64,000 bases of DNA from Anthoceros angustus (lineage: Eukaryota; Plantae; Anthocerotophyta), in NCBI GenBank assembly GCA_010909165.1, contig VJWM01000205.1, forward strand, positions 1 through 64,000, read 5' to 3'. A model generated the notes under the pieces. That model ran no database searches and had not been told where the DNA came from. It worked only from the letters and a program-made list of their open reading frames with translations. Positions within the stretch are counted from its first letter, which is position 1; the number at the start of each line of letters is the position of its first letter. The position numbers and the translations under genes were made by a program. Below, in pieces: positions 13,400-25,500 of the stretch.

Positions 13400-15720
13400 G
13401 CGCGTCCCCGCAGGTCGTTGCGGGGTCAGTTCCACGGAATGATTGGTTCTGTTTTGCACGTCGCGGACCGATTCTCGCCTTGTCGTCGTGGCCGTTGCTA
13501 TCCGAGATCGCAACGCGATCGGTTTCACTCCTAATTTCTCTTAAGCGTCCGCCGAGCAGGTCCGGCGTGGCCAAATGTTTAAGGACTCGTTCACGTCCGT
13601 ATCCTACCAGTCCGTCCTATGTTTCGTCTAGCCCGTCTCTCCTACCACGCTCACTACGCATATTACCAGTTGGGGAAGAGTGGGTGGGTTTGCGTGGTCC
13701 GGACCTCCGCCGGTCAGCGAGCCTCTCCGCTCGCCTTCCACGCCGCCAGAGTTCCATTGGTCTCACGCTGCCCGTCGGGCCTGAGACCACCGCCCAAGAG
13801 CAAGGGTCCCTGATCGTTCACCCCTGCACACACCACCACACGTTAGGGTCCATTACCAGGACCTGGATCAGTTTCTCCAGGGCTGTCTTGCCTGCTCGGT
13901 GACTCAGGACTCGCGTTATCAAAGGACACACAAGGGTCTGCAAAGAGAACGCGGTATCAACCCCAAAAGAAAGATGCTTTACTAGAGCAGCCCCTGCCCT
14001 CTTATACTACGCCCTAAGGCGGCGTCTTTATTACACTCCTATTCTGAGCTGATGTCCAGCTCAGTGTGCCCTAGCCTCCAGCCCACTATTTCCCTTAGCT
14101 AGCCTATCTTCATCTGCCTACTACAACAGTGCCCATGATTCCGCCTCATCGCGCCCCAATCCCTAGCTCCCTGCGGTGGCGCGCCCAATCGGATGATCCG
14201 CGATGCGGGGCCCCTCCCCCTTCCCGAGACCCCGCTGCCGGAAGCACGGGCACGATGACCGCAATGACCACCAAGTCCTCCTCCTCGCCCCCTCTTAACT
14301 CGATGGTGGGTCCCTCGCCTCGCGGTCCACCTGTGAGGTCGCTCACCTGGGTACTGATGGTGATCCCCTCTCACCCTTTCCCCCTCCTGCGTTCGGACCT
14401 TGGGGTCCGGCCTTGCTTCCGGAGTCCGGACCTCAGGGTTCGGTCTCGATTCCGGAGTCCAGACCTCAGGGTTCGGTCTCGATTCCGGAGTCCGGACCTC
14501 AGGGTTCGGTCTCGATTCCGGAGTCCGGACCTCAGGGTCCGGTCTCGATTCCGGAGTCCGGACCTCAGGGTCCGGTCTCGATTTCGGAGTCCGGACCTCA
14601 GGGTCCGGACTCGCGGGGTCCTGGACATCCCCAGCCAGAGCATTCCCCGGGGTCCGTCTTCACCCACCGAACCCCCTGCCTGTCTTGGGTCCCCCTGGAC
14701 TTCTCCCTCTCTGACCCTCTCGGGGCCCTCCTCCCCTTCTTCCCTTCTGGGCGACGGACTTACCTCTTGTCCGGTGGTGTCCGCCGTATCCCGCTCCTCT
14801 TGGTGCTCCCCTTCTCCGCTGCTGCTCTCATCTCCAAACAACGCCCCTAAGGTTCCGGTGGCGGCGCTATCCCCGAGGTCTTCGGCTCGCCCCCCTCCCT
14901 CTGATCCTTCCAGTGGTCCTTCAATCTGTCAGGGGTCAGACAGGACCTCCAGTGCCTTGAGGAGCTCCGAGTGGTAGTAGGCAACGGTGGTGGGTTCAGA
15001 AATGGTAGCTGGTTCTGGTAGGGTAAGGATCGGTTGTGGTAGAGCTAGGACCCATAGTTTTAGAACATCTTGTGGGAGGGAAAACCCCGGGGCTTCCGAG
15101 GCTTCCCCCTCTTGCGGCCACACTTATTGCTGATGGGGGTGGCCGCTCGTTTCTCAACTTCCTGGCCTCCTGGGTAACACGAGCGAAGATGATCCGCCCC
15201 CAGTCCGCTCTCTTGCCTCTCTGAAGGGCGTGGAGGAAAACGAGCAGATTGTCACCAAGGTGGTCTACCTTGGTGAGCATGTTCTAGTGGATAATAATCT
15301 TTGCCACTGCCCTCACCCGTCGGTCCAGCAGGTCCGACATCAACCACCTGTTAGAGGACCGCAGTGTCCCCGGCCTCAGTAGTGCCACCTTTCGTCGCCT
15401 CCACCTTCCCCTTCACCTTAAGGGGCTCCGGAACCACTCCTCCTATCTCCTCCGCTGGGCGATTGTAGACCGCCCTAAGGACCTCCACGGTCCATCTCCT
15501 CGGGTCCTCATGCAGGCTCTTAGAGCGGAAGGTTTTGTTGGCCGCCGCTAGCATCTTCCGGGCATACTCCCAGACCAGCGTCACGCTATCGAAGGTCCAC
15601 ACTGCCTGGAAGATGTCCAGCCATTCTGCATTTGCCTCTTACGCCCGCCACTAGGGTCCGAATCCGTAGTCACCGTGACAATGTTTTTCTCCACTAAGCG
15701 CAATGGACCTTAGCCGTCGC
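13400..15720 (-). mobile_element. Family B copy 2, internally deleted
   Basis: Peptides HEDPRRWTVEVLRAVYNRP and MLTKVDHLGDNLLVFLHALQRGKRADWGRIIFARV. LTR-like 13420-14130 is homologous to revcomp 5960-6530 (AGTATAAGAGGGC, ACCCTAACGTG(T)GGTGGTGTGTG). The ORF is truncated at ~15075. Confidence 0.6.
14419..14610 (+). repeat. 33-bp minisatellite, ~5.7 copies (GGAGTCCGGACCTCAGGGTTCGGTCTCGATTCC)
   Basis: Read directly. It gives 11-aa repeats (RSPDLRVRSRF / ESGPQGSVSIP) in the ORF track. No spacers. Confidence 0.95.
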
Positions 15721-15748
15721 TCATCCCTCCGCTGTCGCGCATCCCTCC

Positions 15749-15862
15749 ACCTTGATAATAATTAGATTGAATATTGAACACTGTAAGATGATATTTGAAT
15801 ATGACATACCTTGATAATTATGAGATTGAGTACGGAACACTGAAAGATATTTGAATATTGAA
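15749..15862 (+). repeat. Diverged 59-bp tandem duplication
   Basis: ACCTTGATAAT..AGATTGA..GAACACTG.AAGAT..ATATTTGAATAT starts at 15749 and again at 15808. Confidence 0.75.
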
Positions 15863-16571
15863 TGAACTTAACCAAAATTTTGCGATTCATCTAAGGGAAC
15901 CTGCATGTATTTCCACAACATGGATTGATCCATTTGGGCAGTTTTTTGTAAGATGAGCAAGTAGAGCAAGTGTTGAGTTTCCCATCCCCATTCAATTCCA
16001 TAGTAGTATTATTCTAACTAAGTTTTTGAATCAATGTTGCTTAGTATTCGTCTAAAGTCTGAGATCTATCATCACCCACTCTTGTATTCAAGATCTGTCA
16101 TCACCTACTCAAGAAGCAACCCTTTTACATTACTATCATTAAAGAAGTTATACCAAAAATGAAAAGATAATAAGAATTGAAACTTTTATCAAAATATAAG
16201 AAGAATATTTTTAATAAAAAATTATTAGGAATTTAAAAATTTGAATAAAAATTAATTATCTTAACATGAGTTAAAAGTTCATGTATCATACATAACTCAC
16301 ATTCCTAGTGGAGGGGTGATATTCCACCTACCTAATATGTATCACATTTCTGTATGGTCTCTGGTGATAGTCTAATAGCGAAGCGATTATCTCAAACGAT
16401 GTTAGAAGGCCATTCCCCATCTCGGGCGGTCTTTTTTTGGCAGCACTTCGCGGAAGGGAACGTGGTCGCGGTACAGTTTGGTGTAGACCAGAATTGAGCG
16501 AGCTGCCTGGAGATCCGGACTGCCAAGCTTGGATCTGAGGCATCAGCCGATCGGCAGATCGGCAGGGCGAG

Positions 16572-19500
16572 ATGGAGAATTTGATTTTGCTAGCTGACTC
16601 TATGCAGCAGGCTGCTGCAATGCTGGCGGACGACGATGCCGATGATCCAGTGAAGACCGCTTCCACCTTCATGAACGTCGTGGCCCTTGGCAGTGTTGTA
16701 CGTCCAAAGCCCTCAGCTCGAGAAGCATGTTCTGACTTCCGCGAGTGCTGGTGCAGCTGATTTCGGGTAGATCTTGTTTCGGGCTAGGGTGGGGAGGGGC
16801 CAAGGGCGACAGTCTTAAGTCCATGCTTTTCTGTCTGCTTGATTGCTTTGAGAATCTAAGGCGGCAGTGGCGCGCTGTGTGCTTTCGTGGCTTTCGAGGG
16901 CTCGATCTCGACCAGCTTGTACCCCTGAACGTTTTTCTCTTGCGTTTTATCGTGATATCTGCTGTGGAGGATTTCAGACTCTGACGCATGCATTGTTTTC
17001 AGGGCGCGGGGAAATCGGCAGTGCTGAACAGCTTGATAGGGCATCCTGTGCTGGTACGCATTCTATTGGAATTCCCGGGATGTTTGTGGAGCTGGAGACT
17101 TTGCAGGTCATACTGCTCAAAATGAAAGGTCCCTAGCTGTGTCACTGTAGTAGGTTAATATAAGTCCGCTAAAGCCACCCCGTCTAGCTCTTCGATTTCC
17201 ATGCGGCAAGTGGGTGCCGAAACGCGATTAGGTTCTTTCTGCAGTACTTGTTTCACTTGAAATTGCGCTAGAGCCAAGCTTATTATAGAAATTCTACCCA
17301 CAGGACAACTGGAACCTGCTGCCCTTGGCCACTTGTTGCATCGTGTTCTCGTTTTGATTATTGTCTGATGGTTTGAGTTTACACATTTCTCAATTTGGTT
17401 TCTTTGGAAAGAAGGCATTGATGAAGTTGCTGGCCCCATCTGGCAGCCTACAGGGGAGAATGGCGCAACACGTGCACCCATTGTGATTGAAATGGAGCGC
17501 ACTGAGTCAGTTGGTAGAGGCCTGTATCTGTTACTCGAAGGGAAAACATCACAAGTTACTGCAAGTAAGAATTACCCTGTTGCTTTTGGTGCGTTAGTGT
17601 TCGTGGTGTGACCTTGGACCCTACAAAGCCAAGAAAGTTCTTTACTTTTGAAGCAGTAGTCTTACGCACCTTGGTCTAAGTGTCTATTGTCTGCAGTGGA
17701 CGTCCTGTCTATTGGTTGAGAAGCCTGTTGATGAGTTTTTGGAACTGTTGTGGATACCTGCTTCTTTGAGTTTGAGAAGGGTAACTCTTAGATATCAGTA
17801 CACGCCATTAGGTGGTTGTGTATTGTCACAGTAGCCCTTTGTTTGCTACTGTAGCCCTTAAACTCATGTGGATGGACACCTGTTCAATGTTCTGGTAGGT
17901 GAATTACGACATTCATTGCAAGGCAGGTTAAGCAAGCTGGGACTCAACTCAAGAAGTAGCTCGCAAGGGATCAATCTGCATCTTCGCTCAAGTTCAGGTT
18001 AGTTGGCAGATCTGTGTGATGTAATCAACGCGGTGTCCAGGTTGTTGGTGACTATGGGATGGGCTCAGTGTGTTGCTTTCAGAGGGATGTGTTGCCTCTT
18101 ATGTCATGCTGTGTGGTGCACTGGTAGCATTATGAAAGCATTACTGCTACCTCTGTGGTATTGATGATAAGGGGCTGAGTTGTTACTCTAGTCAGATGGT
18201 CTAGGCTCATTGTTTGCCATTTGATTTGCAGCACCGCCTTTGAAGCTGATTGATCTACCTGGTTTGGATGCACGAGCGGGGTCAGACGATTCACTGGTAC
18301 GTAGGCTGGTCTGTCTTCATCTTTGCTGTTATAGTATATTTTCCAAGCCTTGATCTTGAACCTTAGACTTGCCAGAAGCAGAGGAGGCATGAGGACATGT
18401 TATATATTATCGTGGTCTTTGGTGTGTATTTTCTGGTGCAATTCCAGCTGCAAGATTATGCCACCCACAACGATGCCATTTTACTGGTTGTGGTGCAAGC
18501 AACCTCAGCTCGAGATGTTACTGGTAACAGAGCTTTGAAGGTAGCTCAAGAGCTCGATCCAGATGGTAAGTTTATGAAGATCTGCAGGCCTGCCAACAGA
18601 TCAATTGTGAGCATTTGTATTTTGTTGACACTCTTTGCTCATGACCTCAGGTACAAGGACAGTTGGAGTCATCAGTAAAGTGGATCAAGCCGAGTCTGAT
18701 CAGAAAAGCTTAGCTGCTGTCCAAGCACTTCTTTTGGGGCAGGGACCAAGTATCACACAAGATATTGCATGGGTAGCTTTGATTGGTCAGTCAGTATCAA
18801 TTGCTGCTGCCCACGGTGGATCAATGGCTGGAGACGATTCCTTGGAAACTGCATGGAGAGCAGAGAAGGAGAAGTTGAAAACTATACTCAGTGGAGCACC
18901 ATCTGCTGCTCTTGGTCGATTATCGCTTGTCGAAAAACTTGCGGAGGTGATCCGGAAAAGACTGAAAATGCGCCTTCCAAATCTGCTTTCAGGGTATGTG
19001 TTGATCTCTGCCCTTTATTGTTCCAAACACACATGAAGAATGCACCATTGTTTTGGCAAGAAGTACACAATGCAATATCTCAGCAGGAAGGTAACATGAC
19101 CTTTGCTGCACAGCTTGGAGGGAAGATCCCAAGCTGTGGAAGATGAGCTAGTTCGACTTGGAGAACAGATGGTGCAAACATCAGAAGGCACAAGGGCTAT
19201 TGCGCTTGAGTTGTGTCGCGAGTTCGAAGACAAGTTTCTTCAGCACATCCAAACTGGCGAGGTAAATGGTTGTGGAAAGCTTATCTATGTAGACGTGCAG
19301 GATTGGAAATGTGTTGGTCAATGCATGATATGTTCACATGGCCCTCTTCTCTATTTGCAGGGTGCAGGCTGGAAGGTTGTGCAAAGCTTCGAGGGAGGGC
19401 TTCCGAACAGGATCAAAGCTCTCCCACTTAATGATATTTTTGACATAAACAATATTAAAAAGGTGATCCAACACTCATAATTTTTCTAGACTAGAATGCA

Positions 19501-22500
19501 GAGCTCTTCGGTGCTATTTGGGTGTAAAACAGGATGAGTTTTGCTTTAGCAAATTGGAATGTAAAAACAGAATTTTTCGTGTGCTATTAAGAGATTTGTA
19601 AGGTATCAGGAGGACAGCAGTATTTTGTGGGACCTCCTGGGAGGAGCTGACTGGAAATTCCGTGTTGTTCTGTTCAGTTGGTGTTGGAGGCAGATGGCTA
19701 TCAGCCGTACCTGCTTTCTCCTGAAAAGGGACTGAGGGCACTTGTTCGGAAAGCACTAGAGTTAGCAAAGGAACCAGGGAGACAGTGTGTAGATGAGGTT
19801 GGTGCTGCTTAATTTTTCTGTCTGCTGTAATGTTTTGGAGCTTTTTCGGGTGACAATAGTATAATCTGTGGGGTTTTGGTCACAGGTCCATCGCATTCTC
19901 GTTGACATAGTTTCATCTGCTGCCTCTTCAACTCCTGGGTTGAGCAGATACCCTCCATTGAAACGAGAAGTAGGTCTCAGTAAATGGCGGTTTGCTAAGT
20001 GATGTGCAGCTAGGTTTTCAATGTGCAGAATGAAATACTGATTTGTCCGCTTTACAGTACTAAAGCTTGATTTTTCCTGGTTCCATTTGCAGATTGTGGC
20101 CATTGCTACTGCTGCCCTAGATGGGTACCGAGTGGAGGCCAAAACTATGGTAGTTGCCCTTGTGGACATGGAGCGCTCCTTCATCCCTCCCCAACATTTT
20201 ATCAGACTTGTGCAGCGCAGGTGGAACTTGTCCTATATTGTGAAAGAACTATTCTCAGAGCTAATTGCTTCAGTGTACAGTCAGGCAGTCGAGAAAGACA
20301 ACTAAGTGCAAAGAGCGATTTTGCTAAGTGTCTATTGGTTGAGAAGCCTGTTGATGAGTTTTGCTTTAGCAAATTGGAATGTAAAACAGGATGAGTTTTG
20401 GAACTGTTGTGGATACCTGCTTTCTCCTGAAAAGGGACTGAGGGCACTTGTTCGGAAAGCACTAGAGTTAGCAAAGGAACCAGGGAGACAGTGTGTAGAT
20501 GAGGTTGGTGCTGCTTAATTTTTCTGTCTGCTGTAATGTTTTGGAGCTTTTCGGGTGACAATAGTATAATCTGTGGGGTTTTGGTCACAGGTCCATCGCA
20601 TTCTCGTTGACATAGTTTCATCTGCTGCCTCTTCAACTCCTGGGTTGAGCAGATACCCTCCATTGAAACGAGAAGTAGGTCTCAGTAAATGGCGGTTTGC
20701 TAAGTGTCTATTGGTTGAGAAGCCTGTTGATGAGTTTTGCTTTAGCAAATTGGAATGTAAAACAGGATGAGTTTTGGAACTGTTGTGGAAAGCTTAGCTG
20801 CTGTCCAAGCACTTCTTTTGGGGCAGGGACCAAGTATCACACAAGATATTGCATGGGTAGCTTTGATTGGTCAGTCAGTATCAATTGCTGCTGCCCACGG
20901 TGGATCAAGCCGAGTCTGATCAGAAAAGCTTAGCTGCTGTCCAAGCACTTCTTTTGGGGCAGGGACCAAGTATCACACAAGATATTGCATGGGTAGCTTT
21001 GATTGGTCAGTCAGTATCAATTGCTGCTGCCCACGGTGGATCAAGCCGAGTCTGATCAGAAAAGCTCAAGAAGTAGCTCGCAAGGGATCAATCTGCATCT
21101 TCGCTCAAGTTCAGGTTAGTTGGCAGATCTGTGTGATGTAATCAACGCGGTGTCCAGGTTGTTGGTGACTATGGGATGGGCTCAGTGTGTTGCTTTCAGA
21201 GGGATGTGTTGCCTCTTATGTCATGCTGTGTGGTGCACTGGTAGCATTATGAAAGCATTACTGCTACCTCTGTGGTATTGATGATAAGGGGCTGAGTTGT
21301 TACTCTAGTCAGATGGTCTAGGCTCATTGTTTGCCATTTGATTTGCAGCACCGCCTTTGAAGCTGATTGATCTACCTGGTTTGGATGCACGCGGGTCAGA
21401 CGATTCACTGGTACGTAGGCTGGTCTGTCTTCATCTTTGCTGTTATAGTATATTTTCCAAGCCTTGATCTTGAACCTTAGACTTGCCAGAAGCAGAGGAG
21501 GCATGAGGACATGTTATATATTATCGTGGTCTTTGGTGTGTATTTTCTGGTGCAATTCCAGCTGCAAGATTATGCCACCCACAACGATGCCATTTTACTG
21601 GTTGTGGTGCAAGCAACCTCAGCTCGAGATGTTACTGGTAACAGAGCTTTGAAGGTAGCTCAAGAGCTCGATCCAGATGGTAAGTTTATGAAGATCTGCA
21701 GGCCTGCCAACAGATCAATTGTGAGCATTTGTATTTTGTTGACACTCTTTGCTCATGACCTCAGGTACAAGGACAGTTGGAGTCATCAGTAAAGTGGATC
21801 AAGCCGAGTCTGATCAGAAAAGCTTAGCTGCTGTCCAAGCACTTCTTTTGGGGCAGGGACCAAGTATCACACAAGATATTGCATGGGTAGCTTTGATTGG
21901 TCAGTCAGTATCAATTGCTGCCCACGGTGGATCAATGGCTGGAGCGATTCCTTGGAAACTGCATGGAGAGCAGAGAAGGAGAAGTTGAAAACTATACTCA
22001 GTGGAGCACCATCTGCTGCTCTTGGTCGATTATCGCTTGTCGAAAAACTTGCGGAGGTGATCCGAAAAGACTGAAAATGCGCCTTCAAATCTGCTTTCAG
22101 GGTATGTGTTGATCTCTGCCCTTTATTGTTCCAAACACATGAAGAATGCACCATTGTTTTGGCAAGAAGTACACAATGCAATATCTCAGCAGGAAGGTAA
22201 CATGACCTTTGCTGCACAGCTTGGAGGTGATCCGGAAAAGACTGAAAATGCGCCTTCAAATCTGCTTTCAGGGTATGTGTTGATCTCTGCCCTTTATTGT
22301 TCCAAACACATGAAGAATGCACCATTGTTTTGGCAAGAAGTACACAATGCAATATCTCAGCAGGAAGGTAACATGACCTTTGCTGCACAGCTTGGAGGGA
22401 AGATCCCAAGCTGTGGAAGATGAGCTAGTTCGACTTGGAGAACAGATGGTGCAAACATCAGAAGGCACAAGGGCTATTGCGCTTGAGTTGTGTCGCGAGT

Positions 22501-25500
22501 TCGAAGACAAGTTTCTTCAGCACATCCAAACTGGCGAGGTAAATGGTTGTGGTGCAAGCAACCTCAGCTCGAGATGTTACTGGTAACAGAGCTTTGAAGG
22601 TAGCTCAAGAGCTCGATCCAGATGGTAAGTTTATGAAGATCTGCAGGCCTGCCAACAGATCAATTGTGAGCATTTGTATTTTGTTGACACTCTTTGCTCA
22701 TGACCTCAGGTACAAGGACAGTTGGAGTCATCAGTAAAGTGGATCAATCTGCATCTTCGCTCAAGTTCAGGTTAGTTGGCAGATCTGTGTGATGTAATCA
22801 ACGCGGTGTCCAGGTTGTTGGTGACTATGGGATGGGCTCAGTGTGTTGCTTTCAGAGGGATGTGTTGCCTCTTATGTCATGCTGTGTGGTGCACTGGTAG
22901 CATTATGAAAGCATTACTGCTACCTCTGTGGTATTGATGATAAGGGGCTGAGTTGTTACTCTAGTCAGATGGTCTAGGCTCATTGTTTGCCATTTGATTT
23001 GCAGCACCGCCTTTGAAGCTGATTGATCTACCTGGTTTGGATGCACGAGCAGGGTCAGACGATTCACTGGTACGTAGGCTGGTCTGTCTTCATCTTTGCT
23101 GTTATAGTATATTTTCCAAGCCTTGATCTTGAACCTTAGACTTGCCAGAAGCAGAGGAGGCATGAGGACATGTTATATATTATCGTGGTCTTTGGTGTGT
23201 ATTTTCTGGTGCAATTCCAGCTGCAAGATTATGCCACCCACAACGATGCCATTTTACTGGTTGTGGTGCAAGCAACCTCAGCTCGAGATGTTACTGGTAA
23301 CAGAGCTTTGAAGGTAGCTCAAGAGCTCGATCCAGATGGTAAGTTTATGAAGATCTGCAGGCCTGCCAACAGATCAATTGTGAGCATTTGTATTTTGTTG
23401 ACACTCTTTGCTCATGACCTCAGGTACAAGGACAGTTGGAGTCATCAGTAAAGTGGATCAAGCCGAGTCTGATCAGAAAAGCTTAGCTGCTGTCCAAGCA
23501 CTTCTTTTGGGGCAGGGACCAAGTATCACACAAGATATTGCATGGGTAGCTTTGATTGGTCAGTCAGTATCAATTGCTGCTGCCCACGGTGGATCAATGG
23601 CTGGAGACGATTCCTTGGAAACTGCATGGAGAGCAGAGAAGGCTGAGTTGTTACTCTAGTCAGATGGTCTAGGCTCATTGTTTGCCATTTGATTTGCAGC
23701 ACCGCCTTTGAAGCTGATTGATCTACCTGGTTTGGATGCACGAGCAGGGTCAGACGATTCACTGGTACGTAGGCTGGTCTGTCTATTGGTTGAGAAGCCT
23801 GTTGATGAGTTTTGCTTTAGCAAATTGGAATGTAAAACAGAATTTTCGTGTGCTATTAAGAGATTTGTAAGGTATCAGGAGGACAGCAGTATTTTGTTGA
23901 CACTCTTTGCTCATGACCTCAGGTACAAGGACAGTTGGAGTCATCAGTAAAGTGGATCAAGCCGAGTCTGATCAGAAAAGCTTAGCTGCTGTCCAAGCAC
24001 TTCTTTTGGGGCAGGGACCTCCTGGGAGGAGCTGACTGGAAATTCCGTGTTGTTCTGTTCAGTTGGTGTTGGAGGCAGATGGCTATCAGCCGATCGGCAG
24101 GGACCAAGTATCACACAAGATATTGCATGGGTAGCTTTGATTGGTCAGTCAGTATCAATTGCTGCTGCCCACGGTGGATCAAGCCGAGTCTGATCAGAAA
24201 AGCTCAAGATGCAGAGCTCTTCGGTGCTATTTGGGTGTAAAACAGGATGAGTTTTGCTTTAGCAAATTGGAATGTAAAACAGAATTTTCGTGTGCTATTA
24301 AGAGATTTGTAAGGTATCAGGAGGACAGCAGTATTTTGTGGGACCTCCTGGGAGGAGCTGACTGGAAATTCCGTGTTGTTCTGTTCAGTTGGTGTTGGAG
24401 GCAGATGGCTATCAGCCGTACCTGCTTTCTCCTGAAAAGGGACTGAGGGCACTTGTTCGGAAAGCACTAGAGTTAGCAAAGGAACCAGGGAGACAGTGTG
24501 TAGATGAGGTTGGTGCTGCTTAATTTTTCTGTCTGCTGTAATGTTTTGGAGCTTTTTCGGGTGACAATAGTATAATCTGTGGGGTTTTTGGTCACAGGTC
24601 CATCGCATTCTCGTTGACATAGTTTCATCTGCTGCCTCTTCAACTCCTGGGTTGAGCAGATACCCTCCATTGAAACGAGAAGTAGGTCTCAGTAAATGGC
24701 GGTTTGCTAAGTGATGTGCAGCTAGGTTTTCAATGTGCAGAATGAAATACTGATTTGTCCGCTTTACAGTACTAAAGCTTGATTTTTTCCTGGTTCCATT
24801 TGCAGATTGTGGCCATTGCTACTGCTGCCCTAGATGGGTACCGAGTGGAGGCCAAAACTATGGTAGTTGCCCTTGTGGACATGGAGCGCTCCTTCATCCC
24901 TCCCCAACATTTTATCAGACTTGTGCAGCGCAGGTGGAACTTGTCCTATATTGTGAAAGAACTATTCTCAGAGCTAATTGCTTCAGTGTACAGTCAGGCA
25001 GTCGAGAAAGACAACTAAGTGCAAAGAGCGATTTTGCTAAGTGTCTGGATGCTTTAATGCAGATTGGACAGGCTAAGGAGAGAAGAGGAGCAAAAGACAA
25101 GACAGTCAAGAAAAGCTCAAGATGCAGAGCAGGCTCTTCTCAACAAGGTAGAGTGACATGGGATGGCGATGCTAAAGGCCAGTTTAACTCCCCTGAATTT
25201 GGATGGCTGTCAAAGTCTCATGTGTTGGTGGCCTCTACGCTTCATGTTTCACTTGAGTATTAACGTGTAGGCATGTACGCTGCAGGCTACTGCACCTCAG
25301 TCAAATGCCACAGGAAGTCTGAAGTCTCTGAAAGGCCAGGTACAAGTAGAAAAGGATGCGAAAGAGGGTGCAACAACCTTGCAGACAATTACTGGGCCGG
25401 AGGGCCAGATAATAGTTGCAGGTAGGTTATGAAAGCAGTTTCTTGCTGTGCGACTGGGTGCTTCTTGTTTTCATTTTGGTTGGATTGTATGCTACCAAAA

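Noticed and set aside
14419-14610. 33-bp repeats as a CRISPR array
   Set aside because: Units are directly adjacent with no unique spacers, the context is a eukaryotic TE, and there are no cas genes.
20328-25030. Tandem array of DRP2 paralogues
   Set aside because: Copies are near-identical fragments in scrambled order with no independent starts or stops. One intact gene is recovered by deleting the block.
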